A DNA stretch of 63,997 nucleotides, filler included, from Streblomastix strix (taxonomy: Eukaryota), in assembly GCA_008636045.1 (NCBI GenBank). It is 3 parts of 3 records of this genome, joined end to end, with 100 filler letters (N's around TTAATTAATTAA, not from the genome) between each part and the next. Parts side by side here need not be neighbours in the genome. Positions count along the whole stretch, not along the records: positions 44,670 to 63,997 come from SNRW01000522.1; 2 more parts are not named here. One strand, given 5' to 3'. The position numbers and the translations under genes were made by a program. The notes beneath the pieces are model-generated. The model searched no databases and was not told the origin of the DNA. It saw only the letters and a list, made by a program, of their open reading frames with translations. This document shows, piece by piece, positions 44,570-58,319 of this stretch; the stretch's first letter is position 1; each line of letters begins with the position of its first letter.

Positions 44570-44669
44570 NNNNNNNNNNNNNNNNNNNNNNNNNNNNNNN
44601 NNNNNNNNNNNNNTTAATTAATTAANNNNNNNNNNNNNNNNNNNNNNNNNNNNNNNNNNNNNNNNNNNN
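44570..44669. other. Artificial contig-joining spacer
   Basis: 44 N + TTAATTAATTAA + 44 N. Confidence 0.97.
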
Positions 44670-45743
44670 TGTTTAAATTGTAATTGCACAATTTGATAAG
44701 TGAATGAAGGAAGTTTGAAATTAAGATTGCCTTCTTGCTCATATTATTATTATTTATTTTATTCCAAAGAAAATCAATGGAATTTAAAACTAATTAGGAA
44801 GATGATGATAATTCTGATTATTTTTAATTTAATTGATCACAAGAGTTGGTTTACTGACTTTGCTCATAAGATGTAGCAAAAGTAATTATGCAAGCCGTAG
44901 CGTCTTATATTTCTTAATCTAGATGATCAAATCATTAAATTAGAAGAGGTATAAAAGAATAAAATAAAATTATAATAAAAAATTGAAATATACCCTCTAA
45001 TTTGTTATTCATTTCAAAGTAAGTATATAATAATAATAAAATTACGAATAAATTATGCTGAACAAATAAGATAATGAAAATAAAACAATAAAATAAAGAA
45101 AATGTAATAAATAATTGTTGGAAAGTTTTAAATAGTATATTTGACATTCAAAATTTATACAGCAATATTTATAGAATCCTCAGCAAAAATTAATAATATT
45201 CAATAAGAAATGATAAATGTACATTATATTGCATGCCCTATAATCTTGATTTCTGAAAAGTTTAGAAAAATTTTTGGATGTGTGTTAGTTGAATGAAAAA
45301 TAGTGTGTAGCAGTAAAAAAATGCCATTGAATAATATGTTTGAATAAAAAATTGGCAAAAAAAAGACAATTAATAAAAATTTAATTAGAAAACGCTTGAT
45401 TTTGATTAAAATTATTACTGTGAATTTGTAAATGGATATTACGTTCATTATAATATAAATTTCTGTTTATATATTATTTTAATCTTTAATAGTTTATTAA
45501 ACATGTTGTAATTTATCCAGTAAAAACCTTAATTTAACTTTTAATTTTTAAATAGAAGAGAAAAAGATTTCTTAGCAGGTTCAAAATGAAACGCAGTTAA
45601 TAATTTTCTGATAAATTGTTTAAAATCTATTTAAATATAGTAAGCTAGTACTGCCAAATATTGGTTCAAAATTGACAATTTGCTGGTTGATTTTAAAAGT
45701 ATATGCAGATTTGTTTTGAATATATATTTTTATTATATAATAT

Positions 45744-46701
45744 TGGGGATGCCAAACTGACCCAGAGGGTTTTGGCTGGGTGGGTCGGTTAGAGTTCTGT
45801 GGGTAAGAATAAATATATGATATTGCAAAAATAGGGGGTTTACTTTTTGCTGGATAAATTGAAAAAAGAAAAAAAAAATAATAAAATCTAAATAGTATCA
45901 ATAAATAATTAGAAGTATATGTATATATGATGTTATTTAGTAATAATTTAAATATATTAAATTATTAAATATGCAAATTATTAAAAAAAACTTGTGATAC
46001 ATAAAAGAATTGGCAAATAATAAAAATAATTCTGCTTGATGCAAACAGTATGATAATGGTAAATGAAATTTATTCAAATAAGTTAATATACATATAAAGT
46101 TAAAAGATAAAATAAAAATTAAAGATAAGGATACTAGCTGAGGGACATACTGCTGAGAGTAAATTTTTACCCAAAGTGCTAATAGAGGCTTATTTGAATC
46201 CAAATTTTACTAAAATATATATTTATAAAATGTATTAAAATTAATTTTTTCGAAGAACAGTGGTAAATACTCTTGTTTAGAACGACCCAGACTGGGTCGG
46301 GTCGGGTCGTTTTTTTTAAAGCCAAATTTGAATTGTAACAAGAATTACGCGCCAGTAAGATAATAAAAACATAAATTGATTAAGATAGAAATATGTTAAT
46401 GATATAATTACATATAATAATAATAAATATATTCAATAATACAATTAACTGGGTGCGAAAAAGAGTTTACCCATGACTACCCGTACTAAATTTAAAAAAA
46501 AGAATCTTTTTTATTGAAACTATATTTATTATCTTGATGTATATAAACATTTTATATATAAATATTAAAATGTATTTAATATATTATTAATTAAATCTGA
46601 ATCATTAAAAAAAATTTTGATATTTTATTTTATTTTTTTTTATTTTGGGTCGTTTTTTCTTGGCTGGGTGTGTATGTCGGGCTCTGGGTGGTTGGGTTGG
46701 G
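45744..46701. mobile_element. Probable non-autonomous DNA transposon remnant with GGGT/ACCC subterminal motifs
   Basis: Starts TGGGGATG (Ac-like end); clusters of (T/C)GGGT and ACCC at ~45760-45805, 46282-46312 and 46646-46701 in otherwise AT-rich DNA. Confidence 0.45.
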
Positions 46702-48300
46702 TGGGGCTGTTAAAATTCGTCAAACATATTTCAAATGACGGACGAGGTCGTCTAAAATATTTTAATTTTTGACGAATCATACTTTTCAATCAATTCTCTT
46801 TTAATATGTACAAGTATTGATGCATATATAATTATTTGTTTTGAATGACATTTATTTGACAGCTGCTATCATCATACAATATTTAAATGTAATTTAAAAA
46901 ATAGGTTGAATTCATAATTTTTAAAATATAAATTATACTTTTATATGTATCAAAAATTATTAAAGATAAATTAAATTTTATTTTTAAAACGTTACGTAAT
47001 TGTTGATTTATATGATATTTAAGTAAAAATAATTTATTTAATTTATTGAAATATATATTAATCATATAAATGAAATAATATTAATCAGTTGAATCTTGAC
47101 AAATTTTATGTTTGGAAAATATAATAACAATTTGTGATTTTTAAGAAATGCAAATATTTTCAATTGGTAAATTTTGATGATGTTAAATTTAAATACTATT
47201 TTAAATAAATTTAAATAAAATTTATGGTGAAATATTACGTAATTCAATCATTAAATCAGTTTTTTAAAAATATATTTATTGTTTGATTCAGGTTTAGTAA
47301 TTATTATTGGAATATTTTAATTTATTATTAAAAATGTATTTATTATGCAAAAAACTGACAATAACAAACGAAATATTTTGATTAAGAATCAGAATCCACA
47401 AATCCATTTTTTTTGGTATCTACCATCTTCATGTTGAATTGACTTTTCAAATGTATTTAATTTTAAAGAAACTACTAGATTCAACGTGAATATCAAATTG
47501 CGCATGGAAATTATAACCTGCAATTTTCACCATTTAACGGAGGAAACCTTCCGTCACAATTTAATTGAGTGACGGAACGCACAAATTTCGCTACACCTGT
47601 TCAGTAATTTATATTCAAAAATTTAAATACATGCTTAAAAATGTACATTCTCAGTGAATAATTTTTTTTAGAATTAATTGACATTGTTCTCGAAAGAAAA
47701 ATAAATTTATTCTTTTTTTTCACTTTTGTTTCAAACTAATCGAAACAGTATGATTTTATAATTGTATCATATTTAAATTTATAAATATCATCAATATAAT
47801 TATATTTTAAAAATATAACATAATTAACATTTAATTGCCAGCAAGAAATTAATCATTTGATGCATCTGTCAAAATTTAATTAGTTTGACGGAACCGTCAC
47901 TGTGAAAAATTGTGGCGGATCCGTCAATTTGCAATTATCTATTGGTAATAACAACAAATTTAAATATTTTAATATAACTTTATTGAATAGCACAAATATA
48001 AACCAAATAAACCCATAAAACAAATAAATTATTTTTCATTAGTTAATCAAATGTATTTTCTTTTTTTTAAAAAAAAATAATCATAAACTTCATAATTTGT
48101 CAAAATAATTCTAATTTAAGAGTAATAATATATTTAAATTGACTTTTAAGTTATATATTTACTATCAAACAAAACTAATTAATTTTTTCAATCATAAAAA
48201 ACCAAAAAGGATTTATTATTTTTATTTTTTAATATTTAGCTGGATTTCTCATATGAAAATTGGACTTGATGTACGAAATTGACGAATTTTAACAGCACTA
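46702..48300. mobile_element. Non-autonomous hAT-like element with 22-bp terminal inverted repeats
   Basis: Left TGGGGCTGTTAAAATTCGTCAA, right TTGACGAATTTTAACAGCACTA (20/22 match); internal TGACG(G)/CCGTCA motifs; no TSD seen. Confidence 0.75.
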
Positions 48301-48699
48301 AAAAATTTTAATAAGATATTATTTTTTAATTGATTTTATTTTAAATATTTATTCATCTTATTAACTAACAGAAAGATGCATAAATTCATTGCAATTAAGT
48401 CAGAAACCACCAGGACTATTTATAAATAAAAAATAACTTATATTAATTAAATTAGAAATGTTGAAACTTTTTTATTAACTTTCAAACAATCTTCGATTTT
48501 ATCGCAAATACTAATTTTATACTATAAAAATAAAATTAAATTATATTTAAGATGCAATTTATAATTTGTATTTTCTATACTAATTACAATTAACCTTGAA
48601 TTTATGTATTTTTTATCATTTTTGTAATAATTAAAGGCATTAATCACCTTTGAATGTCAATGTTACATAATTTTAAAGGATTAATGCCAATTAATAATA

Positions 48700-50260
48700 A
48701 ATATTAAATGAACAGTACCCTGAAAGTCACAGAATGAGGCCTTAATAATAGAATTATGATATATTGCTATCTCCATGTGCACAATAATTGTTTAATAATT
48801 TTAGCTTCAATGAATAGAATAATCAACTACAAAACAACATGCATTAATTGAATTCACCTTCTTATACAGGACTCAATAATGATAAGATTAAAACGAGTAT
48901 GCAAAACTTCAGTATAAACCCACATGATTAATAAATACTTTCTCCGCCTTTTGAATAATGTTTTTCATCTTCTTTTCTTAATCCTGTAAATTAACACAAA
49001 AAAGATGATTCATTGAGTTCTGATGAAGAAGATATTTAATATTACGATTGGAATGAAATACACTCAAATGATAACTCAATATAATAAAGTGAAATTGAGC
49101 CAAAACATGAAGAGTCTCATTGTTAAGAATTAATGGCTCATCCAAATACAACTTAAATTGAAGATCAGATTCTTCAATAAAATGTTGAGCCAAAACTTAC
49201 TGAAGATTTATCCACCAAATTGTCTCCTTCTCATCAAAAATCTCAATAACATTCCAATTCAATCAAGAATTCTTAGCTAAATTCACAATAAAATATAAAT
49301 AATAGTCCTCAGAATTGTATTTATTCAATAGTTACTCCAAATAAACCAACATTAACTACGCTTAGTCAAACAATCCAATCAAGTAACACATATAATATTG
49401 CATCTTCAAATACTTTATAGTAAGATTAAGATAATAAAATGAATTAAAATAATAAATAATTCGAGATTAAAGGAATTGATTATGATAAGAAAAAAAATGA
49501 AAAATAGGAAAACCCTACAAAAAATTAAGAAATTGAGACTGAAAAAGAATTTCAGAAAGAATTACAATATAAAAAGACAGTAATTGTAAAATGTCTGAAA
49601 CAAGAAACAATAAAAGAAAGAAAAATAATAATTGGCAAAGTCAGGAAAATTATTAATTCATCATCATGTGAAAATATAACCAACCTTCAATTGAATTAAT
49701 AATTGGATACAAAACAGCAGTAAATGAATAAATAAGTGAATACAAATACCAACTTTTTTAATTCAATACCTTTGATCTCACAAACATCATTATCTGATAA
49801 TCCATCCAATTAGACTTAAAATATGTTAAATTATTCACCAATTAATTCAAATCCTTAAGAGCGCATAACTCAAACTTCTTCTTTTCCTTCTTTATCATCA
49901 ATACATTTTTCAGGATAATCAAAAAATCAATTGAATAACTAACCAATACTTCAGTAATCTTAAACATAATAAAATATGTAATATTACAATTCAGTTTCAA
50001 ACATTACCAGTGCTTAATCTAGTAATCCTTCATCATAAAATATATTATAATCATCTTCTTAATAAATATCATAGGTTTAATCTCATAACGCACCAAATAA
50101 TAAAATTAAGAGAATTATTATTCCTCATTCATCAAATAGTCTATCTCCAAAACTAGCCAAAACAAAAGTTATTAATATATAGAATAAGTAATAATAATAA
50201 GAAATACTATATTCACCTTCATAATGTGATAAGAAAGTAGTTAATACTTAATTTTAATGA
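48700..50260 (+). pseudogene. Q/S/N-rich low-complexity coding region, 5' part disrupted
   Basis: Open under TAR=Gln from ~49480 to TGA 50258-50260; TGAs and frame breaks upstream. Confidence 0.4.
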
Positions 50261-50827
50261 GGAATGATAAGAAAGAATATAAATTTTAAAATTTTGGGAT
50301 TCGGAAAACATCTTTGTGAATTGAATTTATAGTCAAATTTGTATGTATAGAACATTGCTGATAAATTTTATTATCAATGGATTTGGCAAATCCATATAAA
50401 AATTTTCATACATATATTTTTTAAAATTATTTCTTATTATTTTTTAAATTTATTATTTAATTTTTATTATTTATTATTTTAAATTTAAATTTTTTTTTTA
50501 ATTTAATGTAATATTGATCATCATATTTTTATTATTCTATTTTATGTACATCAAACTTTTTTTATTTATAACATATATAATAAGTTAGTTATTTTATAAC
50601 TAAGATATTTTCTTATATAAGAATCAGTTAATTACTTGAAAATTCATCTTTTGTATATCTTTTCACTAATTTGATATTTTATTTTATTAACTTTCTAAAT
50701 AATTCATGTATATATTTCATTATCTTGATCTTTGATTACCATTTTTCAATAAATTATTATTTTAAATTAATTGATAAACTTAAAAAATTCATTGTGTGAA
50801 GAAAAAGTTAAAAATTGGTTTAAAAAA

Positions 50828-53341
50828 ATGCTAGCTTTACTTGTTGTATTGTCATTTGATTTGCTATCGGGATTAGAAGAATCTCAATTATTTGGAATTT
50901 CATTAGATTCCTATGTGTAGGAAGAAGAACAGCCAGCTGTGGAGCGTAGAAACAGCGTGAATCCTGTCGTGCTTTTCCCGGGTTTATTTAATAAGAAATA
51001 TAAAATTATTAATGCGTTTTTATATTATTAAATAATTCTAGTTCATTATATTCCTAATAGTTTCTTTAATTTTGTTAAATTGATAAAAATATTTTTTTGT
51101 GTTTTTGTGAATTCGTTTTCAGGCTTAGGAGGGAGTCAACTTGAATATAAAAATAAAAATAAATCCAAATCAAGTTATGATACACTGTGGATAGCATTTT
51201 GGAGAATGATAGATGGCGATTTGTCTTATCAACGTGATTTACAAGTAAATTATAATGGAAGTACAAACATGTTTTCATCGCAACCTGATCTAGATGTACG
51301 TCCTGTAGATTTCGGTGGAGTTGGTGTATGTAATTATTCTTCACATAATGAATAATATTTATTTTTTTAATTTAGGGCGTAAGTTATATTGTTCATGGCT
51401 TGACAGATAAAGCAATTTATTATGCAATTCTTATCGATAATTTAAAGAAAGCAGGATACGTTGTCGGTCAAAACATATTTGGTGCTCCGGTATGAATAAA
51501 AAGATAAATATATTGATTAGAATCTTTTTTCATATTAATTTAACATTAATAAGTATGATTTCAGGATAATGTCACCACAACAACTATCTAAAAATGGAGT
51601 TTTTGAATAAGTGAAAAAATTAATAGAAAAAGCGTATGTGATGAACGGAAACAAAAGAGTGCATCTTATTGGACATAGTTAAGGTTAGTGAGTGATATTT
51701 TAGTATACAAATGATTAATTAATATATGATTGAATTATATTGTTTATATATTTATGATATTTTATTTATATTATTTATTTTAATTCTTTAATTATATACA
51801 TAAATTTAGGATGTTCATTCATCCACTATTTTCTCACTTCATATATTAGTAGCATTGCATGGACTAATTAATACATCGCATCAATGAATTTAGTGTCTCC
51901 GAATCTTGGTGGGGCTCCAATGGTATGGAAATGTAATTAATTATTTATAATATAATTTTATTATTACTCATATATATATTTAAAATAAATTTTCATTTTC
52001 GTTTATTATTATATTAATATATATAATTAAAAGGCACTTGCCTTTGCAGCAGGACCAAGGAAATGGGCTGTTCCAACTTTGAGTGCTGAACAAACCCACA
52101 ACATAGTTAAATACTTTGCTGGTATGAAATATGAAAAAAATATTTTAATTACGTATATATTTGAATATAATTTTATAGTTATAGTTAAATTATTGGTAGA
52201 TAATTTATTTTTATGTGTTTATTATTATTATTCATTTATAAATAATAGGTTTATATTGGATGCTTCCAAATGAAAATTCATTCAAATCATAAACTTCAAA
52301 TAAGGAACACAATTTAGAAATTTAAAGTGACGATGTAAGTGCAATTGTTGCCACTGTTGAAATAGTGTCTTAGAAGAATGATAATAATGAAAACAATAAA
52401 GAAACCACATCAACTGTATATCCAATATCAGTGAAGAATATAACTTGGATGTTTGATACAACTGGAAGGTAAGAAGAATAGAAATTGATAATAATAAAAA
52501 TATTAGATTTAATAATTGCATTAATTTAATTTTGTATTGATTTATTATATATATTTAATTATTATCATTTTAATTTTATTAGAGAGAATTAAGCAGAAGC
52601 TGTTAGGCAAATGCAAACAATAATTAATGAACCACCATATGGTTTAAACAAATTATGAATTTATATTTTAAACTAAAATATCAAATAACATTAGAAATGT
52701 TAGAAAAATTTTATCAATTTTATTTTATTTATAAATATTTTGAATGATTATATATAGCACCCAATGTGAAAGTGTATTTGCACTTTGGAAGCGGTATTGG
52801 TACTCCAATTTCTGTCAAATACAAAGGAAAACAATATTAATAAACAGCTAATCAATAAATGAATATAATAAGATAAATGAATGAAAATGAATAAAATGAA
52901 GATAAAAGTGAATAAAATGATGATTTGGATTATTGGTGGTTGAATGAAGGGAGTTTTTCTTATGGAGACGGAGATGGAACAGTTCCGATTCAATCATTGA
53001 AAAGTTTGCTTTTAAATTTATTTGATTTATTTATATTTATTGATATTTTTCATGTAAATATTTTATTTGTTATATTTATTATTAGAAAAAAAATTTTTTT
53101 TATGAATTTATTTTTTATTATTATTGTTTAGTTCCTCAGAAATGGAAATCTGAATAAGAATAAGAAGTAACTTCGATTGAATACCCCAAAATATCTCATA
53201 TTGCGTATGATTTATTTACAAATTTTTTTTATTTTAAATTTAAATTATAATGATTATATGTTTTATCATATAAAATACAGATTATTAAGGGATCCTACTC
53301 TAATTAAGAATATAATTGATATTGTGACTTAAGTTGACTGA
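50828..53341 (+). CDS. LCAT/group XV phospholipase A2-like acyltransferase, multi-exon
   Basis: Signal peptide, PVVLFPG/LGGSQLE, GAP/YDFR, HLIGHSQG, DGDGTVP, ISHIA; TGA at 53339-53341. Confidence 0.92.
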
Positions 53342-53519
53342 ATTTAGTAAATATATATATTGATTTTTTAAATTATCAAGTTTCTCATTAATAAACAAAT
53401 TAATAATCATTGATAACAATAAAAAAAAAATTGCGGTTTTTCTTAGCTCAAATCAAATATAAACAAATAATAATATATTATTTTTTACAATTTGTTAATT
53501 TATTTTATTAAATTATACT

Positions 53520-55038
53520 TGAACAGTTAGATATATCAATAAGCATCTCCAAAAAATGGATATGTTAAAAAATGCATCACGAGCTTCAATCAAAACGGAA
53601 CATGAAAGACATTGCAATATATTAAAAGTGTTTGATCTTCATTCCTTCTCCTTCACCGTCTGCATTCACAAGTTCACTGACATAATCTGTTGCATCTCTG
53701 ACAGATCCATCTTCATATCTGATGCTCAATATTCTTCCATCTTTATTCAGTGCTGTATGATGAATCTTCTTTGTAAGAATATGAGTATTCAATTCAATCG
53801 CATCAAATGGTACCTGCATAACATATTGAGGCGGTATCAGTTCAATGACAAATTCTTTTACTTCTTTGTACGAACCACGTGTTATAATCATATGTCCTGT
53901 TTCAGTTACATATTCATCTCATACATGATTGTTGATATGGATGATTTTCTCACCACCAAAGAATTTTGGATCAATTGGAGTGAAACTGTATTTATATTTC
54001 TTCTCAACATCCCAATACGATCTGGCAAAAACTTTTCCATCAGCAGTTAGGAATCCTTATGCTTTCTTGAAGTACTTGACAACATGGAACGTTTCAAATA
54101 TACCAATCGGTCCATCTGTTCCAAAAAGAAAGACTACCACGAAGTTCATCAATAAACATTGGTTTTATTTTACTGGAATCTGTTAACTCAATGAAACCAT
54201 ACTCTGAAACATTGAGCCTTCGCTCGAATTCTTGTAATTGTCAATATGCAAATAAAGCTCTTTTCTCAAGTAATATAATAGCTTGATGTAATTCAAAGCA
54301 AAATGATCTGATCTTGCTTGGTCCAAGCGAGCTTGGAATCAATCCATTTTATATATCGAAATGTTGATTTAATCTCCAAGTTTCAGTGCCATTGTCCCAA
54401 TTTCCATCATCATTCATTCCACGAGACCACAATTTTCAATCTTCTATCAATGCCAATGTGTATGCACCTGCAGATTTCACTTCAATGAATTTTATTTCTT
54501 GTGGTGGTAATAGGATTGTTTTGAAAAATTTTTCAGATTTTGTGACATGTTGTGGTAAATAATGCTCTGGCATAATCAATAGTTCTGCTTTCAATTGATT
54601 CAATCCATTGATGTAAATTGCTGCCCAGGCGTAGAACGAGTTGTTATTGTCGATAATCTGGTTGCTGTAGATAAGTGTGACTTTCTTGATCCTTTTGGCT
54701 AAAAATGATAATTTCTCTTCGTCGGGATTTTGCTTATTTTCGAATAATTTTAATTTTACTTCTGCTTTATCTTTTTCAGTCCGATCTGGATCAATTATTG
54801 TAGCTACGTGAGAAAGTCGCTTGACAATAAGTGCTCTTCTGAATGTTTTGTAAGAAAATGCATATTCATGTGTGCTTAATAACCGAAAATGGCCATAAAT
54901 TGCAAATGTCTTTTTATTTATACCTTAGAATTGCTGTACACCTGGGATTGTGGATGTTTCAGAAAGAATTTGAAGAAATCTAATTTCACCAAGTCCAGTT
55001 AGCCCGCCAATGACGTAATAATCCTGAGGAGTAGCCAT
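53520..55038 (-). pseudogene. Probable RCC1-like repeat protein with in-frame TGAs
   Basis: ATG 55038 MATPQDYYVIGGLTG; FIEVKSAGAYTLALIED*KLWSRGMNDDG and GFLTADGKVFAR resemble RCC1 blades. Confidence 0.5.
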
Positions 55039-55774
55039 ATTATTTATTACTATGAATTGGACTGTAATGTTATTTAGTTCCGCTTAATTCGACATAATCA
55101 TCAGTCCATACACTCGTTTTTATCATCATATTCATGATTAGCGCATAAACATTGACTAAGATATCAATTCTCAAATCATTCAGAAAACTTTAATTTTTCC
55201 ATGATTTTTCAGATTTTATAATAAAAATAAAATAAGTACATGATAAATAAAAATTTTGACTAAAAACTTAATTTCCCATATTACTTTGATACACTATCTT
55301 GAGGTCATATCTTCGTCACAGCTTCCAAAAATGATGGTTATAATTAATTCTGAAAACTTGATTCAACCGAAATAGTTAATGAAAATGGCAAATGCCCGAA
55401 ACATTGCCTAAATCCTGTTCATTTGAGGGGATTCAGAAATGAGACTATTTAATTTTTATCGATTAGGCATGTCATAAATCGTAGTGATAATATTTCATTT
55501 ATAGTAATTTTCATCAAATAATTTTAATAAATCTTATTTTTCAACTTTTTTATGCATTAAAAACTTAACTATATTTAGATATTTAACATTTATCTGATTA
55601 ATAATAAGAATATATTCAAAATTTATATTAAATGATTTTTATAATATTTTTTGCTTTAATCGCTATTCTTAATCTTTAGTAATTAGCCAAAAATTACTGT
55701 ATAGTTTTAATTTTTGTAGAATTACTTTATAATCAATATTATTAAATCTTTATTTTAACTCCTTCAGCAATTCA

Positions 55775-56435
55775 ATCAGAATGCATAAGTCTTCTTTCTT
55801 AGTTAGATTTCTATAAATGTGATACTGCTTCGTGGAAGCAATTATTTAGATATTGTGATTTCAAATAATATGAATTATTTCTTTTTATAAATCTTTCTAA
55901 AGTAGTAATTGCACTACCCATAGGAGGAATTCTATAAATTTCTGCTAATACTGAAACTATTGCGACACATCTTGTATGAATATCTTCATTTTTTTAATAT
56001 TCTAATAGTAATACAGAAAGATTTGATATATGTATTTCCATATTAGCTTCTGAAATAATCAGAGCTTAAATATTTAAAAGAAATGAATTAATTCGAGGAT
56101 AAACTGAAAAATAAATCGTTTCACAAGAATCATTCGATAGTCATTCTGCAGTTTCCTTAATATTTCCAAAATTAATAGATATTTTACAAAGATTGAAATG
56201 CTCCATTTAATAAACATTTCTTATTGGTTCACATTTTATTAATATTGTTACTAATTTCATTAAAATTTCATTATTTTCCTCTTCAAGATGTTTTTATTAA
56301 TATAATTTAATTAATCTCCTGAAAGAAGCTTATAACATTGGCTCTGTAAAGATAAAAGCATCAGTTTTCTAGATTATAATTTCACGAAAATAAATGTGGT
56401 TTAATCTCCTAATATCTTCAATTACTTCCTCATCT
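55775..56435 (-). pseudogene. Helical-protein coding fragment with internal TGAs
   Basis: DEEVIEDIRRLKPHLFS*..NNEILMKLVTILIKCEPIR..RCVAIVSVLAEIYR after an AG acceptor. Confidence 0.35.
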
Positions 56436-57996
56436 GTAAACCATAATATTTACAAAATATGATTTGATTAGTTAAGAAATTCAACTTAAATTTTTCAAAA
56501 TCATTTTTTTTTAAAAAATAATGCTTTCTTTTTTTTTTCAAGAATCGATCATTTCTAAATATCAATAATAATATATTATCGTTGATATTAATCAAATATA
56601 TTTATTTCAATTTTTTAATTTTGTGGAGATTTTTGTTGATATTGGATTAAAACAGACTTTGATCAGATTTTTCTAAAAATTGATTTTTATTGGTTGATCA
56701 TGATCGAGATCAAGATCATAAAAATAAAAATTTTTAATTTACATTTCCTCAAGTTGATTAATCCGTTCGAGATTAGAACAAATTCCAATGATTAAGTCCA
56801 TAAAATTATTTATTTTATATATATTTCAGCAATTACCAAAAATTATTAAAATTATTTTTAATTATCGAAGTATTGATAATATGTCTTTATAATGCATTTT
56901 CAAGAAAAATTCCAGCGTTGAGAATATCACAGGTGTTGAAAATCCGACCCATGAAAAACCTCAAACACTAACATAATGTTTTTGAATAATCTAAAAGACT
57001 GAAAATCTGGATTCATAATGCAATATTTTACATTTTTACTTTCATCTCCAAATTTAAGACGTCGAATTTACAATCTTTGTACCATCTAAGCTATTGTATT
57101 TAATGTCTATTTCAGATCTAAAGTATTGATTTTGATGCTAATTTCTGAACTTTGACATCAACTTTGATGCTAATTTTAAATATGATAATGAGTTAAAATT
57201 AATATTCATGACATTCGAGTCATTTAGAGAGAATTCAAATAATTTTTCAATCAACTATAATAATTTTAAAGCTGTTTTCATTTATTTATCGTCAGTAAGT
57301 TCATCTGGCAAGTTTGAAACTTCTATAAAGTAAAAAAAAATAACAAATATTTTTGAAAATATACTTTAGTAAATGTCAAAGCTTGAAAGATGATAATGAA
57401 AATGAAATAAAAAATTCAGATTTTTATCGTCTAGTTCTCAAAATTAAAATGCAATTAAGATTGAGTTGTATCTAATGTGCCCAGAAGGTTATTCAGTTTG
57501 AAAACAGAGATTATTTGTATTTATGTTAGTGAACGATTTATTATTCTCATATAATTATATATAATAAAGTATATATCATTATATACATATTATAGGTTGC
57601 GCTAAACGAACTGACAGCAACGTACAATTCAAGTGAAGAAATAATTTATCCAAATTAATGATACATTTTGTTTCTTAACCCAAATATTTCCCTTAAATTT
57701 TAACAAAAATTATACATATCACATTTAATTTATCAAATTACTATCAAAGTTTTCTTATTTTACGGTTTTCTTTCTCTATTACTACAAATAATTTATTCTG
57801 ATTACTAAATCCAATTTTAAGTAATTTTTTAGATTATAATTATCTATTTATTTCTCTGTGTATGCAGAAGAAAACAAAGAGAAAGAATAATTATGAAAAT
57901 TTGGCGTAAAACGTCTAATGGAATGCACAGCTTCAGTTGTTATCTCCAATTTTCCAATCAGTGCATTAAGTAGCTACTTTTAAAACCAAGCAATAA

Positions 57997-58300
57997 AATA
58001 AAAAAATCAATACTGATCATATTGCTCAAAGCGTTTTTTAGTCTTTATTGTGAACGTTCTAGGCTCCTAATCGTCATACAAGAGGCAAGGTCGCCACTTA
58101 TTGTTAACGGAGGTCACCCCAAAAGGAAATGGATCGATCGTCCGACGGGGAGATAACAAAGTGTAACTTACTGGGATGACTAACTGTGAAATGGCGGATT
58201 GGCGCTCCGATATTAAAGTGGATTTACACACGCGTTTACATATCCACCTGTCGTACTCTATGAGCTGATCATATTCACCTAGATACTGTTGCAATCAGCT
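57997..58300 (+). repeat. ~300-bp dispersed direct repeat, copy 1 (a 5' piece lies separately at ~57408-57457)
   Basis: About 83% identical by manual alignment of ~250 nt to 60738-61039. Confidence 0.92.
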
Positions 58301-58319
58301 CTCAAGAGATGTGCAATAC

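Noticed and set aside
46678..46706. Telomeric repeat
   Set aside because: Short, irregular and internal; better explained as transposon subterminal motifs
53520..55038. TGA readthrough as Trp or Sec in the RCC1-like, integrase and RT regions
   Set aside because: TGAs fall at Gly, Arg and Trp-like positions alongside frameshifts, typical of decay; intact genes use TGA only as stop
58050..58300. Conserved in-frame TGA in both repeat copies as selenocysteine or a conserved ORF
   Set aside because: Manual count of differences by codon position (14/16/13) shows no coding periodicity, and copy 2 has an extra stop
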